This document shows, piece by piece, positions 51,095 through 60,804 of a DNA stretch of 64,000 bases. Below the pieces are notes generated by a model. The model was not told where the DNA came from. It searched no databases and worked only from the letters and a program-made list of their open reading frames with translations. The stretch is from the NCBI GenBank assembly GCA_049679185.1, contig JBAUFO010000106.1:223-64222 (forward strand), read 5' to 3'. The position numbers and the translations under genes were made by a program. The DNA is from Candidatus Zixiibacteriota bacterium (GTDB lineage: Bacteria > Zixibacteria > MSB-5A5 > SM1-73). How positions within the stretch are numbered: position 1 is the stretch's first letter; every line of letters starts with the position of its first letter.

Positions 51095-53302
51095 ATGAGA
51101 AGATCAAAGCTAACAGTTGGCGCATGGTTCGCCATAGCCTGTTTTGTGTTTTTCGCCCAGCCGGTCTATGCTGAGGACAGCTATCAGGTTGGATACACGG
51201 CTGAATTCTCCTTGGACGAACTGGAGTTCTACCAGACCATGGCGTGGGATATGGTGAGACTTGAGGGTGGCAGCCACCTGGCTGAGCTGGGAAAACCCAT
51301 GCTGCCGTCAAAGCAGATCAGAATAGCCCTTCCGGCAGGTATGGCGGTAACGGGCGTACAGATCGTCGGCGCGACGCAGGAGAGGATACCGGGCCGGTTC
51401 AACATCTTCCCGGCGCAGCCGGCAAGAAAGATAGGCTCCTCGGATGACGACGTGAAATTCGTTGAGCCTGACTTAGCGGTCTATTCTTCGGTCCAGACCT
51501 ACCCTTCAGATCCCGCAGAGTTTTTGCATCAGACCGACTTAGCCGGTCAGGGAATGGCTGTCATCGAAGTTTATCCCCTGCAGTACGTTCCGGGAGAAAA
51601 GAGGCTTACGCTTTACACATCCATTACGCTGCTTATCGAGGGGAGGGGCGGGTATGAGTGCGGCGATTATCTCTCGCCGAACGTCTCAGAGAAGGGCAGA
51701 ATGACATATGAGCAGATGGCCAGGGATATGGTGGAAAATCCGGAAGAGGTACAGCTGAGTGCGGCGTTCAAAGAGGGCACTTCGACGGCACCTCCGGGCG
51801 GCCCCTTCGATCACGTGATCATCACCTCCTCACTCTATGCCTCCAACTTCGGTCCGCTGGTGGAGTGGCATACCCGGAAAGGGGTGAAGGACACGGTGAT
51901 CACCACCGCTTGGATTTACCTCAACTACGCCGGCGCCGACACCCAGAAGATTCGCAACTTCATCATGGATGCCAACTCGAGTTGGGGAACAACCTATTTC
52001 CTTCTTGGTGGCGAGAACGAGACCATTCCCTTCGGCTACAGAGATTACTCCCATGAGTCGACGGCCAGCGATCAGTACTATTCTGACTTCGACGATGACT
52101 GGACTCACGAGGTATTTGTAGGAAGGGCTACCGTGGGAAACGCAACCGAGGTCAATACGTTTGTCGGCAAGGTGCTCAAGTACGAGAAGGACCCTCCCCG
52201 GACCGATTATCCTCTGGAAGTCCTGCTTCTCGGAATGGATTATGACGAGAACACGCATTGTGAAGAGCTCAAGGAGAGCATCGACTTCGGTTATATTCCC
52301 TCGCGCTTCAACGTGACCAAAGTATACGACAGCCACACAACCAACCACAGAACAGAGACGATCAATGCCCTAAATGCCGGTCAAAACCTGGTGAATCATG
52401 CCGATCATTCCGGCATCGAATACATGGGTACGGGAGACCGCAACCACGGTTGGGGTATAGTCAGCTCGGATGTGGATGCTCTGGTCAACAACGACCAGCT
52501 CTCGATCATTGTCTCCACCGGCTGCCATCCAAATCATATGGATTTCGACGACTGCATTGCCGAGCATTTCGTCATCTACAACCCCAATCAGGCAGCAGTG
52601 GCTTTCACCGGCAACACGCGCAGCGGGCTCTATTATTCCGGTAACGTCAACAGTTTGTCGAACGCGCTGGACAAGCAGTGGTGGATAGCACTGTTCTTCT
52701 GGGGGAAGCATACCCTGGGTCAGGTCTTAGCGGAGGCCAAACACCGCTTCAGCCATTCGAACGACACCGAGAGATACTGCCACTGGACCTTCAACCTGCT
52801 GGGTGAGCCGGAGATGCCCATCTGGACCGACGAGCCGGACAGCTTCATCGTAGCTCATCCCAACTGGCTTCCGCCGGAGTCTTCGTCCTTTTCGGTTCAC
52901 GTCGACGATGCTGAAACCGGCGCACCGGTGGATCAAGCTTATGTCTGCCTGTGGAAAGGCGATGAGGTCTACCTTACCGGGTATACCGACGCCGCCGGGG
53001 ACCTGAGCTTTAACCCGGCTCCCTCCACGCTGGGAACCATGTATGTCACCGCCACCAAGCACAACTACCTTCCCTATGAGGACGAGGTCAATGTGAGAGA
53101 CTATCTGGTCGGCGATGCCAACGGCGATGGCGTAGTGAATGTGGCAGATGTAGTCTACCTGGTAAACTATCTGTACAAAAGCGGCGTCGAGCCTAGTCCC
53201 CCGGAGGCTGGAGACGCCACCTGTGACGGTGTGGTGGATGTTGCCGACATAGTCTTTCTGGTCAACTATCTCTACAAGGGAGGATCGGAACCCTCCTGTT
53301 AA
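51095..53302 (+). CDS. C25-family (gingipain-like) cysteine peptidase with C-terminal type-I dockerin repeats
   Basis: Signal peptide, gingipain-type propeptide/catalytic region with His (VNHADHSGIEYMG) and Cys (IVSTGCHPNHMD). C-terminus DANGDGVVNVADVVYLVNYLYK...DATCDGVVDVADIVFLVNYLYKGG is two canonical dockerin Ca-binding repeats. Start set at the ATG with SD AAGGGGA. Confidence 0.8.
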   Translation: MRRSKLTVGAWFAIACFVFFAQPVYAEDSYQVGYTAEFSLDELEFYQTMAWDMVRLEGGSHLAELGKPMLPSKQIRIALPAGMAVTGVQIVGATQERIPGRFNIFPAQPARKIGSSDDDVKFVEPDLAVYSSVQTYPSDPAEFLHQTDLAGQGMAVIEVYPLQYVPGEKRLTLYTSITLLIEGRGGYECGDYLSPNVSEKGRMTYEQMARDMVENPEEVQLSAAFKEGTSTAPPGGPFDHVIITSSLYASNFGPLVEWHTRKGVKDTVITTAWIYLNYAGADTQKIRNFIMDANSSWGTTYFLLGGENETIPFGYRDYSHESTASDQYYSDFDDDWTHEVFVGRATVGNATEVNTFVGKVLKYEKDPPRTDYPLEVLLLGMDYDENTHCEELKESIDFGYIPSRFNVTKVYDSHTTNHRTETINALNAGQNLVNHADHSGIEYMGTGDRNHGWGIVSSDVDALVNNDQLSIIVSTGCHPNHMDFDDCIAEHFVIYNPNQAAVAFTGNTRSGLYYSGNVNSLSNALDKQWWIALFFWGKHTLGQVLAEAKHRFSHSNDTERYCHWTFNLLGEPEMPIWTDEPDSFIVAHPNWLPPESSSFSVHVDDAETGAPVDQAYVCLWKGDEVYLTGYTDAAGDLSFNPAPSTLGTMYVTATKHNYLPYEDEVNVRDYLVGDANGDGVVNVADVVYLVNYLYKSGVEPSPPEAGDATCDGVVDVADIVFLVNYLYKGGSEPSC

Positions 53303-53655
53303 CCAAGAACTGAAAGCGGATTTTCAATATCCTGTGTGCCGGCAAGACCGAATTTCGGGGCAACCAACTGGTCATGCCGGCACGTTTTTTTGCCCGAAAC
53401 ACTGCCAAGTGAATGTCCAGATTTTTGTTGTACTCAGCCCCGCTTTTTGCTATGTTTGATCATGATGGATCCGCAGCTGAATGAGACTGCAAAAATCAAA
53501 AGGGAAGACTCTCTTCGCACGATTATCCTTATTCTGGAATGCGGGATGAAGTAGAATGATGACCTGTAGGAGTGGGGCTTCAGCCCCATCCCGCAGAATG
53601 CGGGACGAATCTAAAGATTCGCCCCAACATTCTACCCCTTTCACAGACTGCAATT

Positions 53656-54981
53656 ATGAATTCGAGCGGTTTGGTTATCCGAAATGCCCGGCAGATTCTG
53701 ACCGTGAGGTCAGATCAACAAAGTCCCCGAACGGGCGAACAAATGGAAGACGTGGGAATTATTGAAGATGCGGCAGTGGCCGTCTCTGAGGGTAAGATCG
53801 CTGCGGTAGGAAAGACTGAAGAGGTTCTGGCGCAGGTCAAGATCGATGAACGCACGAAGGTTATTGATGCCAAGGACAAAGTTGTCCTTCCCGGATTCGT
53901 TGATTGCCACACCCATCCGGTCTTTGCCGCCACCAGAGAAGAAGAGTTCGAGATGAGGGTAAAGGGGAGATCCTATCAGGAGATTGCCGCGGCGGGGGGC
54001 GGAATCAAATCCAGTGTGAGATCGTTGAGAGCGGCCTCGAAACAAGAACTGATAGAGCTAACCTTACCACGTCTAAATAGAATGATGTCATACGGAACCA
54101 CCACCATCGAAGCCAAGAGCGGATACGGCCTCTCACTAGAAGACGAGATCAAGATGCTTGAGGTTATAAAAGAGCTAAACAAAACTCATCCCATTGATCT
54201 GGTTCCCACCTTCCTCGGTGCGCACGAGATTCCGGAGGAGTACAAAGGCAGAAGAGATGAGTACATCAAGCTGATCATAGAAAAGATGATCCCGGAGGTA
54301 GCCAAAAGGAAGCTTGCCGTTTTCTGCGACATCTTCTGCGAAAAGGGAGTTTTCGATATCAACGAATCCAGAAGAATTCTGACTGCTGCAAAGGATCATG
54401 GGTTCAAGCTCAAGCTGCACGCGGATCAACTTACAGCACTGGGAGGTGCAAAGCTTGCCGCCGAACTGGGCGCTATCTCGGCAGATCACTTAGAGTTCAT
54501 CGACGATGAAGGAATCGAGATGATGAAGCAGGCGGGTGTCATTGGCGTCTTGCTGCCAGGAGCTTGCTTCGGGCTGGGCATGAAGGAGTATCCCCCGGCT
54601 CGGAAGATGATCGACCAGGGCCTGCCCGTAGCTCTGGCAACTGATTTCAATCCCGGGAGCTCGATGACCGAGTCGATGCCTATAATCTTGAGCATGGCCT
54701 GCCTGATGATGAAAATGAGCCCGGCTGAGGCGGTGGTGGCCTCGACCATAAATTCGGCTTACGCGGTAGACACGGCCAAAGAGGTCGGAAGCATAGAGAA
54801 AGGGAAAAAGGCCGATCTAGTCATCTGGAACGTCCGAGATTACAAAGAGATTCCGTATCATTACGGGGTGAACCTGGTTGACCAGGTGATAAAAGAAGGG
54901 GAGGTTGCGGGGGGCCCTCTCCCCTCTGGGGAGAGGGATAAAGGTCGAAGATCCCGCCCCTCGGAAAGCTCGGGGTGGTGA
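53656..54981 (+). CDS. hutI: imidazolonepropionase
   Basis: Amidohydrolase with DCHTHPVF metal-binding motif and HutI-like overall pattern. The start is moved to the internal ATG (MNSSGLVIRNARQIL), because the ORF-track start is a GTG inside an upstream hairpin. Confidence 0.8.
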   Translation: MNSSGLVIRNARQILTVRSDQQSPRTGEQMEDVGIIEDAAVAVSEGKIAAVGKTEEVLAQVKIDERTKVIDAKDKVVLPGFVDCHTHPVFAATREEEFEMRVKGRSYQEIAAAGGGIKSSVRSLRAASKQELIELTLPRLNRMMSYGTTTIEAKSGYGLSLEDEIKMLEVIKELNKTHPIDLVPTFLGAHEIPEEYKGRRDEYIKLIIEKMIPEVAKRKLAVFCDIFCEKGVFDINESRRILTAAKDHGFKLKLHADQLTALGGAKLAAELGAISADHLEFIDDEGIEMMKQAGVIGVLLPGACFGLGMKEYPPARKMIDQGLPVALATDFNPGSSMTESMPIILSMACLMMKMSPAEAVVASTINSAYAVDTAKEVGSIEKGKKADLVIWNVRDYKEIPYHYGVNLVDQVIKEGEVAGGPLPSGERDKGRRSRPSESSGW

Positions 54982-55180
54982 GCGAAGTCGAACCACCATA
55001 GGCGAGGGTGAGAGGACAGAAAGATCAAAATTCAGAGAGCAAAATGTGAAATCGCGGTTTGAAAACCAAAACTTGAGAAATGCAGAGTAGGTTGACTTTT
55101 CCGTCAGAAGAAGCATAACCGATAGACCGTAGATCAGCTTTTCCGCCCACGGCGAAACAGCCGACAAACTTGAAAAGAGA

Positions 55181-55693
55181 ATGCTAAACGAACGCAAAAA
55201 ACCTCGTTTCTGTGTACTGTGTACTGCCTACTGCCTACTGCTTTTCATCTCCGGCTGCGGGGTCTACTCCTTTTCCGGCTCCGGCCTCTCCGGAATCAAG
55301 ACCATAGCGGTACCGCTGTTTGACAATGAGACCCAGGAGTATGGTCTGCGGGAGGCCCTCACCGAGAAAATCGCCGAGAGGTTCGTGCAGGACAATACCC
55401 TGAAGGTGGTCAACGAAAGAACAGCTGACTCCATCCTGCGCGGGGTGGTCACGAATTACACCAGGGAGACCCACACCTTCGATGAACAGGAGAACCCAAA
55501 GGAGTACATAGCCAGGATCTGGGTTAGGGTGACCTTTGAGGAAAAGAAAGGCAAGAAGGTCGTTTGGAAAGAGGACAATCTCCTGGGATGGGGTATCTAC
55601 TCAGCCCAGGATGAGACAGAGGAGATGGGCAAGGAGAGAGCCATCGAGAAGCTGGCCGAGGATATCGTGAACAAAACTGTGAAGGGATGGTGA
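55181..55693 (+). CDS. lptE: LptE-like LPS-assembly lipoprotein
   Basis: Lipobox LFISGCG followed by YSFSGSGLSGIKTIAVPLFDNET, resembling the LptE N-terminus (CGY.LRG....IKTI.v..f.N.T). About 170 aa. Confidence 0.5.
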   Translation: MLNERKKPRFCVLCTAYCLLLFISGCGVYSFSGSGLSGIKTIAVPLFDNETQEYGLREALTEKIAERFVQDNTLKVVNERTADSILRGVVTNYTRETHTFDEQENPKEYIARIWVRVTFEEKKGKKVVWKEDNLLGWGIYSAQDETEEMGKERAIEKLAEDIVNKTVKGW

Positions 55694-55850
55694 ATTTGTC
55701 CAACTGAGATGATAAAGACCCTTCACGCGAAAGACGTTGACTTTTGCTGCCGGCGGAGTTAAATTTGCTGAGTATAACAAACGAAGAGATTCACGGACAG
55801 GTAATATCTTATGGTTTGTAGGAATCAAGCTTTTGAATAAGGAACTCAAG

Positions 55851-56795
55851 ATGAAAAAAACGGTCGCAGCTGTAACTTCTGCATTGATCCTGATGTTATC
55901 GATTTCGGTCACTGCCTGGGGAATCAACTCCAAGGTCGGCACCACGGCCTACGGGTTTCTGAAAATAGACGTGGGAGCAAGATCCACTGCCATGGGTGGA
56001 GCTTTCGTCGGGCTGTCCGACGATGAGACGGCCCTGTACTTCAACCCCGCCGGGCTGGTTCAGATCGAGACAAGACGATTCTTCACCACCTACAACAACT
56101 ATATCACCGATATCCAATCCGGGTTTTTGGGATACGTGCATCCCTACAGCGAAGATACCAGGCTGGGCGTTTCCGTCTGCTATTTCAACTATGGTTCCTT
56201 CGACAAGACGGATGGTGACGGCAATAATCTGGGAACTTTCGGAGCGTCAGACTTCGCGCTGGGGCTTTCTGTGGCCAAAACGGTAAGGTCGCAGTTGAAT
56301 CTTGGAGTGACCGGAAAGCTTATCTATGAGAAATTAGAGAACTTCTCCTCTGACGCTCTGGCTTTTGATGTGGGAGTTTTGTATCTTCTGCGGGATGGCC
56401 GCACCCGCATCGGCGCGGCGGGTCAGAATATCGGAGTCCAGCTAAGGGGCGCCACCGAATCGCACAAGGACCCGTTGCCCACGTCGGTCAAAGTGGGCCT
56501 TTCTCATAGGATGCGAGAGCTGCCCCTCACCATAGCTATGGATGCAGCCAAGCCGGTTGACAATGATATCTTCTTCAGTTTGGGGGGAGAGTTTACCGCG
56601 CTGCAACCTCTCTATCTGAGGTTGGGTTGGAGCTCCTTCGGCAAGAATTACAAAACCGATTCGGACAAGGATAACCTGGCTGGCTTTGCCGCCGGTTTCG
56701 GGGTGACATGGAAAGTCTACCACTTTGATTATGCCTTTTCCTCTTACGCTGATTTAGGCGGCGTGCACAAGATATCCATCTCAGGGGAGATTTAG
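55851..56795 (+). CDS. porV: PorV/PorQ-family outer-membrane beta-barrel protein (T9SS-associated)
   Basis: Signal peptide, then GFLKIDVGARSTAMGGAFVGLSDDETALYFNPAGL, which matches the conserved N-terminal motif of PorV/LptO-family FadL-like barrels; C-terminal aromatic residue pattern of an OMP. Confidence 0.65.
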   Translation: MKKTVAAVTSALILMLSISVTAWGINSKVGTTAYGFLKIDVGARSTAMGGAFVGLSDDETALYFNPAGLVQIETRRFFTTYNNYITDIQSGFLGYVHPYSEDTRLGVSVCYFNYGSFDKTDGDGNNLGTFGASDFALGLSVAKTVRSQLNLGVTGKLIYEKLENFSSDALAFDVGVLYLLRDGRTRIGAAGQNIGVQLRGATESHKDPLPTSVKVGLSHRMRELPLTIAMDAAKPVDNDIFFSLGGEFTALQPLYLRLGWSSFGKNYKTDSDKDNLAGFAAGFGVTWKVYHFDYAFSSYADLGGVHKISISGEI

Positions 56796-57064
56796 ATCTC
56801 TCCTTAAATTATCTTGAGGTTACGCCAGGCAGAGATTCGCAGTCGGTCACCACGGTGAATGTCTGCCCGACATGTAAGATCAGATTCTTTTTCCCTTCGT
56901 GGTTGGCGATGAGGGCGCATCAACCAATTCGTTAGATAAAGCAGCTTTTGAATTGACAAGGGATAGCGCAAAACCGGGATTATTCCGCTCGGAGAATTTC
57001 GGTGAACAGAACCTGATTATTCGCCATATAACCTAAAAACCCTTAAAGTTAGGAGGTAGGAGGT

Positions 57065-57862
57065 ATGAACAAGCGTAACTTTCTGGTTCTGGCTCTCCTG
57101 GGCACGCTGTTGGTGGGCTGTGGCACCCGAGTTCCCTCCGGACATCACGGGGTGAAATATTTCCAATTCCGGGGGGGAACCCAGATGGGTAAAATCTACG
57201 GGGAGGGTTTCAACTGGCACCTCCCCTGGAATAACATCTTCGTCTACAAAACCCAGACAGATGAGAGAATGGAGAACTTGCACGTTCTTTCATCTGACGG
57301 AGCTTCCATCGGGTTGGAGACCTCGGTCTGGTTTAGGCCCCGTGTAGAGAAACTGGATAGCCTTCAGATAACGGTGGGACCTGCCTATTATGAGGTGGTA
57401 ATCGGTCCGGTGCTCAGAGGAGAGGCACGAAGCATCGTGGGCAGATACAAGCCGGATGAGATCTACAGCACCAAAAGGGAGATCATCTCCTCAGAAATCC
57501 TGGAGGCAGTCAGGGTAGTCCTGACAGAAAAGTTCGTAGATGTGGAAAACGTGATCATAAGAAATGTGGAGCTCCCTCCCAAGATAACTGAAGCCATAGA
57601 TTACAAGTTAGCCGCGGACCAGGAACAACAAAAGATGAAGTTTGTTCTGCTCAAAGAAGAGCAGGAGGCCAAGCGAAAAAAGATCGAAGCTCAGGGAATC
57701 GCTGATTTTCAGCGGCTCATAACCCAGGGGCTTACTGATAATCTTCTTCGGTGGAAGGGAATTGAGGCGACCATAAAGTTAGCAGAAAGTCCCAACACCA
57801 AGGTCGTGGTCATCGGAAGCTCAAAATCAGGGCTTCCCCTGATCCTGGGCGGCGAAAAATAG
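57065..57862 (+). CDS. SPFH/band-7 (prohibitin-like) lipoprotein
   Basis: Lipobox LLVGCG; SPFH domain followed by coiled-coil (QEQQKMKFVLLKEEQEAKRKKIEAQGIADFQR). Confidence 0.8.
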   Translation: MNKRNFLVLALLGTLLVGCGTRVPSGHHGVKYFQFRGGTQMGKIYGEGFNWHLPWNNIFVYKTQTDERMENLHVLSSDGASIGLETSVWFRPRVEKLDSLQITVGPAYYEVVIGPVLRGEARSIVGRYKPDEIYSTKREIISSEILEAVRVVLTEKFVDVENVIIRNVELPPKITEAIDYKLAADQEQQKMKFVLLKEEQEAKRKKIEAQGIADFQRLITQGLTDNLLRWKGIEATIKLAESPNTKVVVIGSSKSGLPLILGGEK

Positions 57863-57919
57863 CAAAAAGCGAGATTCTTCTCCATAAGACTGCCGGGTCT
57901 GGAGAGCGAAATTAGATTC

Positions 57920-57955
57920 GGGGCGGTGAACCCAGCCTTCACCGCCCCCCTTTTG
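57920..57955 (+). terminator. rho-independent terminator after the SPFH gene
   Basis: cggggcggtgaa-cccagcc-ttcaccgcccc hairpin followed by ccttttgatt. Confidence 0.55.
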
Positions 57956-58053
57956 ATTATATCTGACCATTCAAGATCAGTAGCCCCCGGCAAGCGAGTC
58001 TTAGTCTATCCGAGCGGTTCTACTCCAAAGAAGAAAACCAACAGATTCTTTGG

Positions 58054-58107
58054 ACTCACCCCCTTTTGTTCCCCCTCTCTTGCGAAGAGAGGGGGCTAGG
58101 GGGTGAG
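58054..58107. repeat. repeat family B, copy 4
   Basis: actcacccccttttgttccccctctcttgcgaagagagggggctagggggtgag between the SPFH terminator and the ATP-grasp gene. Confidence 0.6.
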
Positions 58108-58327
58108 TTTTCGCGATGCCCTGCTACCTAAGCAAGGAAAACACTTTCTTTTATCGAGAACTATGACAACTAAATCGGAGAAGAGACATCCCAGCTAATC
58201 CCCCTGTGAATCCGAGCCTTTATATTCCGATTATAGTTTATGTAAGAACAAAAGTTTGCTCTTGCTTTCTTTTTGGATGTATAATATCCTTAATCGACGT
58301 TCAACTATCCGAAGATGAGGTGAGACG

Positions 58328-59266
58328 TTGGAAACGTATGATTTGGCTACAGCCTGGTGCTGGGAATACGACCATGATTTTGTCCACCAAATAGATGCGG
58401 AGTGCGGGAAAAGAGGAATCGGTTCATATCTGATTCATCCGCATAATCTGCCTGAAACCCTTAATCGAATGGAGAGCGGTGATTTGTGCTTCAAAGTCTT
58501 CTTTGACCGGGCCTCCGATCAGGAGGAGTCCTTCGACCGGCTGGTGGATGCGATGCTGGACTGCGGCGTGAAGATGATCAACCATGCAGATCGGGTTCCC
58601 CTGGCGATCGACAAGGCCGAGATGCAGCGGGAGCTTGTCTCGCAGGGGATACAGGTTCCGAAAACCATCGTTCTCCCTGCCTGGGACAAGCGACCGGAGT
58701 TGGGTTCGGCCCGTCTCGATAAGATGGTCAGACCTTTCGTGGTCAAGCCGGCTTCCGGGGGGTGCGGTGATGGCGTAGTTGCTGACTCCCGGACCGTGGA
58801 AGACGTTCAGCAGGCTCGACAGCAATTTCCCGACGATAAGTACCTGGTGCAGGAGAAAGTCGAACCGGTTCGGATAAATAACCGCCGAGCATGGTTCAGG
58901 GTCTTCTTTGCGTTCGGAGAAGTTCTTCCCTGCTGGTGGGATGACCAGACCAAGATTGCAGACGTTTTATCGCCTTTTGACATGGATAAGAAGATTTACT
59001 CTAACATAATCAAGATCATGCGTAAAGCGGCCCGCATCTCCAAATTGGAACTCTTCTCCACCGAGATAGCGTTGACCTCCGAGGGAAAACTCGTGGTGGT
59101 GGACCCGGTTAACGATCAGGTGGACTTGCGAAAGAAATCCTCTCATTTCGACGGCATACCGGATGAGGTGGTGGATCGGATAGTGGTCAGCCTGGCAGAC
59201 TGGGTGAAGAAACGTGTCCGCTTCACCCCCAGACGAAGAAAGGTTTCATTATGCGTAAAAACCTGA
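58328..59266 (+). CDS. ATP-grasp-fold protein, function unknown (TTG start)
   Basis: VVKPASGGCGDGVVADSRTVEDV...YLVQEKVEP pattern resembles RimK/GshB-type ATP-grasp nucleotide-binding regions. Confidence 0.45.
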   Translation: METYDLATAWCWEYDHDFVHQIDAECGKRGIGSYLIHPHNLPETLNRMESGDLCFKVFFDRASDQEESFDRLVDAMLDCGVKMINHADRVPLAIDKAEMQRELVSQGIQVPKTIVLPAWDKRPELGSARLDKMVRPFVVKPASGGCGDGVVADSRTVEDVQQARQQFPDDKYLVQEKVEPVRINNRRAWFRVFFAFGEVLPCWWDDQTKIADVLSPFDMDKKIYSNIIKIMRKAARISKLELFSTEIALTSEGKLVVVDPVNDQVDLRKKSSHFDGIPDEVVDRIVVSLADWVKKRVRFTPRRRKVSLCVKT

Positions 59267-60603
59267 TGGTGGGAGTCTCCGGAGTCAGAGGAGTGGTGGG
59301 AGAAAGCTTGACCCCGGATGTAGTGCTAAGATACTCCTCCGCCTTTGGGATGCTCTGCAAATCCGGAAAGGTGGTCTTGGGGAGAGATACCAGGGCATCC
59401 GGGGAAATGGTCAGATCCGCGGTTGTCTCCGGACTTCTGTCCACCGGATGCCAGGTGGTCGACCTGGGCGTCTGCGCCACTCCCACCGTCGAGATTGCAG
59501 TGAGAGGATTGAAAGCCAAAGGAGGCATAATCATAACGGCCAGCCATAATCCGATTCAGTGGAATGCTTTGAAGTTCGTCGGAGCGGACGGATTCTTCCT
59601 GAGTGAAAGGGAGGGCAGAAGACTCTCCGATCTGGCTAAGAAAGACAAAATAAAGCATCGCGCATGGGACAGGCTGGGAAAGGTCAAGTTTGATGATAGC
59701 TGGACTGAGAAACACATCAGCAGGGTTCTGAGATTAAGCCACATAAACGTGAGGAAGATAAAGAAACGTAAGTTCCGGGTGGTTCTGGACTGTGTCAACG
59801 GAGCGGGCGGTGTTATCTCGCCTGATCTCTTGGGGGCCTTGGGCTGCAAGGTCATTGAGTTGAACTGCAAACCGGACGGGAACTTCGCCCACGATCCGGA
59901 ACCGATTCCCCGAAATCTAACCTCCCTCTGTGAAGCCGTAAAGAAAAACAATGCCGATCTGGGATTCGCCAACGATCCGGACGTGGACCGGTTGGCCATA
60001 GTATCAGAAGAAGCGGTGCCATTAGGCGAAGAGGCAACTTTGGCATTGGCAGCAAAGCTGGTGTTGAGTCGAAAGCCCAATTCGAAGGTGGTGGCCAATA
60101 TCTCCACCTCCCGGATGATTGATGATATAGCTAAAGAATGTGGCTCCAAAGTCTATCGAACTAGGGTGGGCGAAGCACATGTAGCCAGGCAATTGAAAAA
60201 GGTCAATGGCGTGATCGGGGGAGAGGGCAACGGGGGCGTTATCCTGCCGGAACTCCACTATGGACGTGATGCGCTGGTGGGGATGGCCTTGATTTTACAG
60301 TATCTAACAGAATCCGAGAAACCGCCAAGCCAGCTATTCTCGGGCCTGCCCGGATATTTCATGGTTAAAAGTAAAGCGAAACTTACCAAGAACTTCGAAA
60401 GGAATTTAGTCAAGTTGAAAGCGAGTTTTTCCGACGGCAAGATAAACCCTCTTGATGGAATCAGGATAGACTTTCAGGACTCCTGGCTGCACATAAGAAA
60501 ATCCAACACCGAGCCTCTGGTGCGGGTGATAGCCGAAGCAAAATCGAAAAAAGAAGCGTCCAGACTGGCCAGGGAGGGGCTGAAGATATTAAGTCGAACT
60601 TAG
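59251..60603 (+). CDS. glmM: phosphohexomutase, phosphoglucosamine mutase (GlmM)-like
   Basis: GVSGVRGVVGE N-terminal motif, active-site Ser loop GIIITASHNP, metal-binding DPDVDR, four-domain alpha-D-phosphohexomutase architecture; located directly upstream of glmS. Confidence 0.7.
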   Translation: MRKNLMVGVSGVRGVVGESLTPDVVLRYSSAFGMLCKSGKVVLGRDTRASGEMVRSAVVSGLLSTGCQVVDLGVCATPTVEIAVRGLKAKGGIIITASHNPIQWNALKFVGADGFFLSEREGRRLSDLAKKDKIKHRAWDRLGKVKFDDSWTEKHISRVLRLSHINVRKIKKRKFRVVLDCVNGAGGVISPDLLGALGCKVIELNCKPDGNFAHDPEPIPRNLTSLCEAVKKNNADLGFANDPDVDRLAIVSEEAVPLGEEATLALAAKLVLSRKPNSKVVANISTSRMIDDIAKECGSKVYRTRVGEAHVARQLKKVNGVIGGEGNGGVILPELHYGRDALVGMALILQYLTESEKPPSQLFSGLPGYFMVKSKAKLTKNFERNLVKLKASFSDGKINPLDGIRIDFQDSWLHIRKSNTEPLVRVIAEAKSKKEASRLAREGLKILSRT

Positions 60604-60804
60604 AGCGTTGGCAGGTCCGAAAACGCCCACCCGGGGCGGTGTTTCGGACAACGTGCCGAAGATTGAAGAAAAATCTTTTTCAACCGCAGAAAAAAGGCGT
60701 ATCTTTAAAGGAGAAGTGAAGGTTTATCATACTGAATGGGACGATCCCTAAGAGTGCGATTGTACGCCCCAGTTGGGTCTCAGTCGTCCAGGAGCAGACA
60801 GAAC

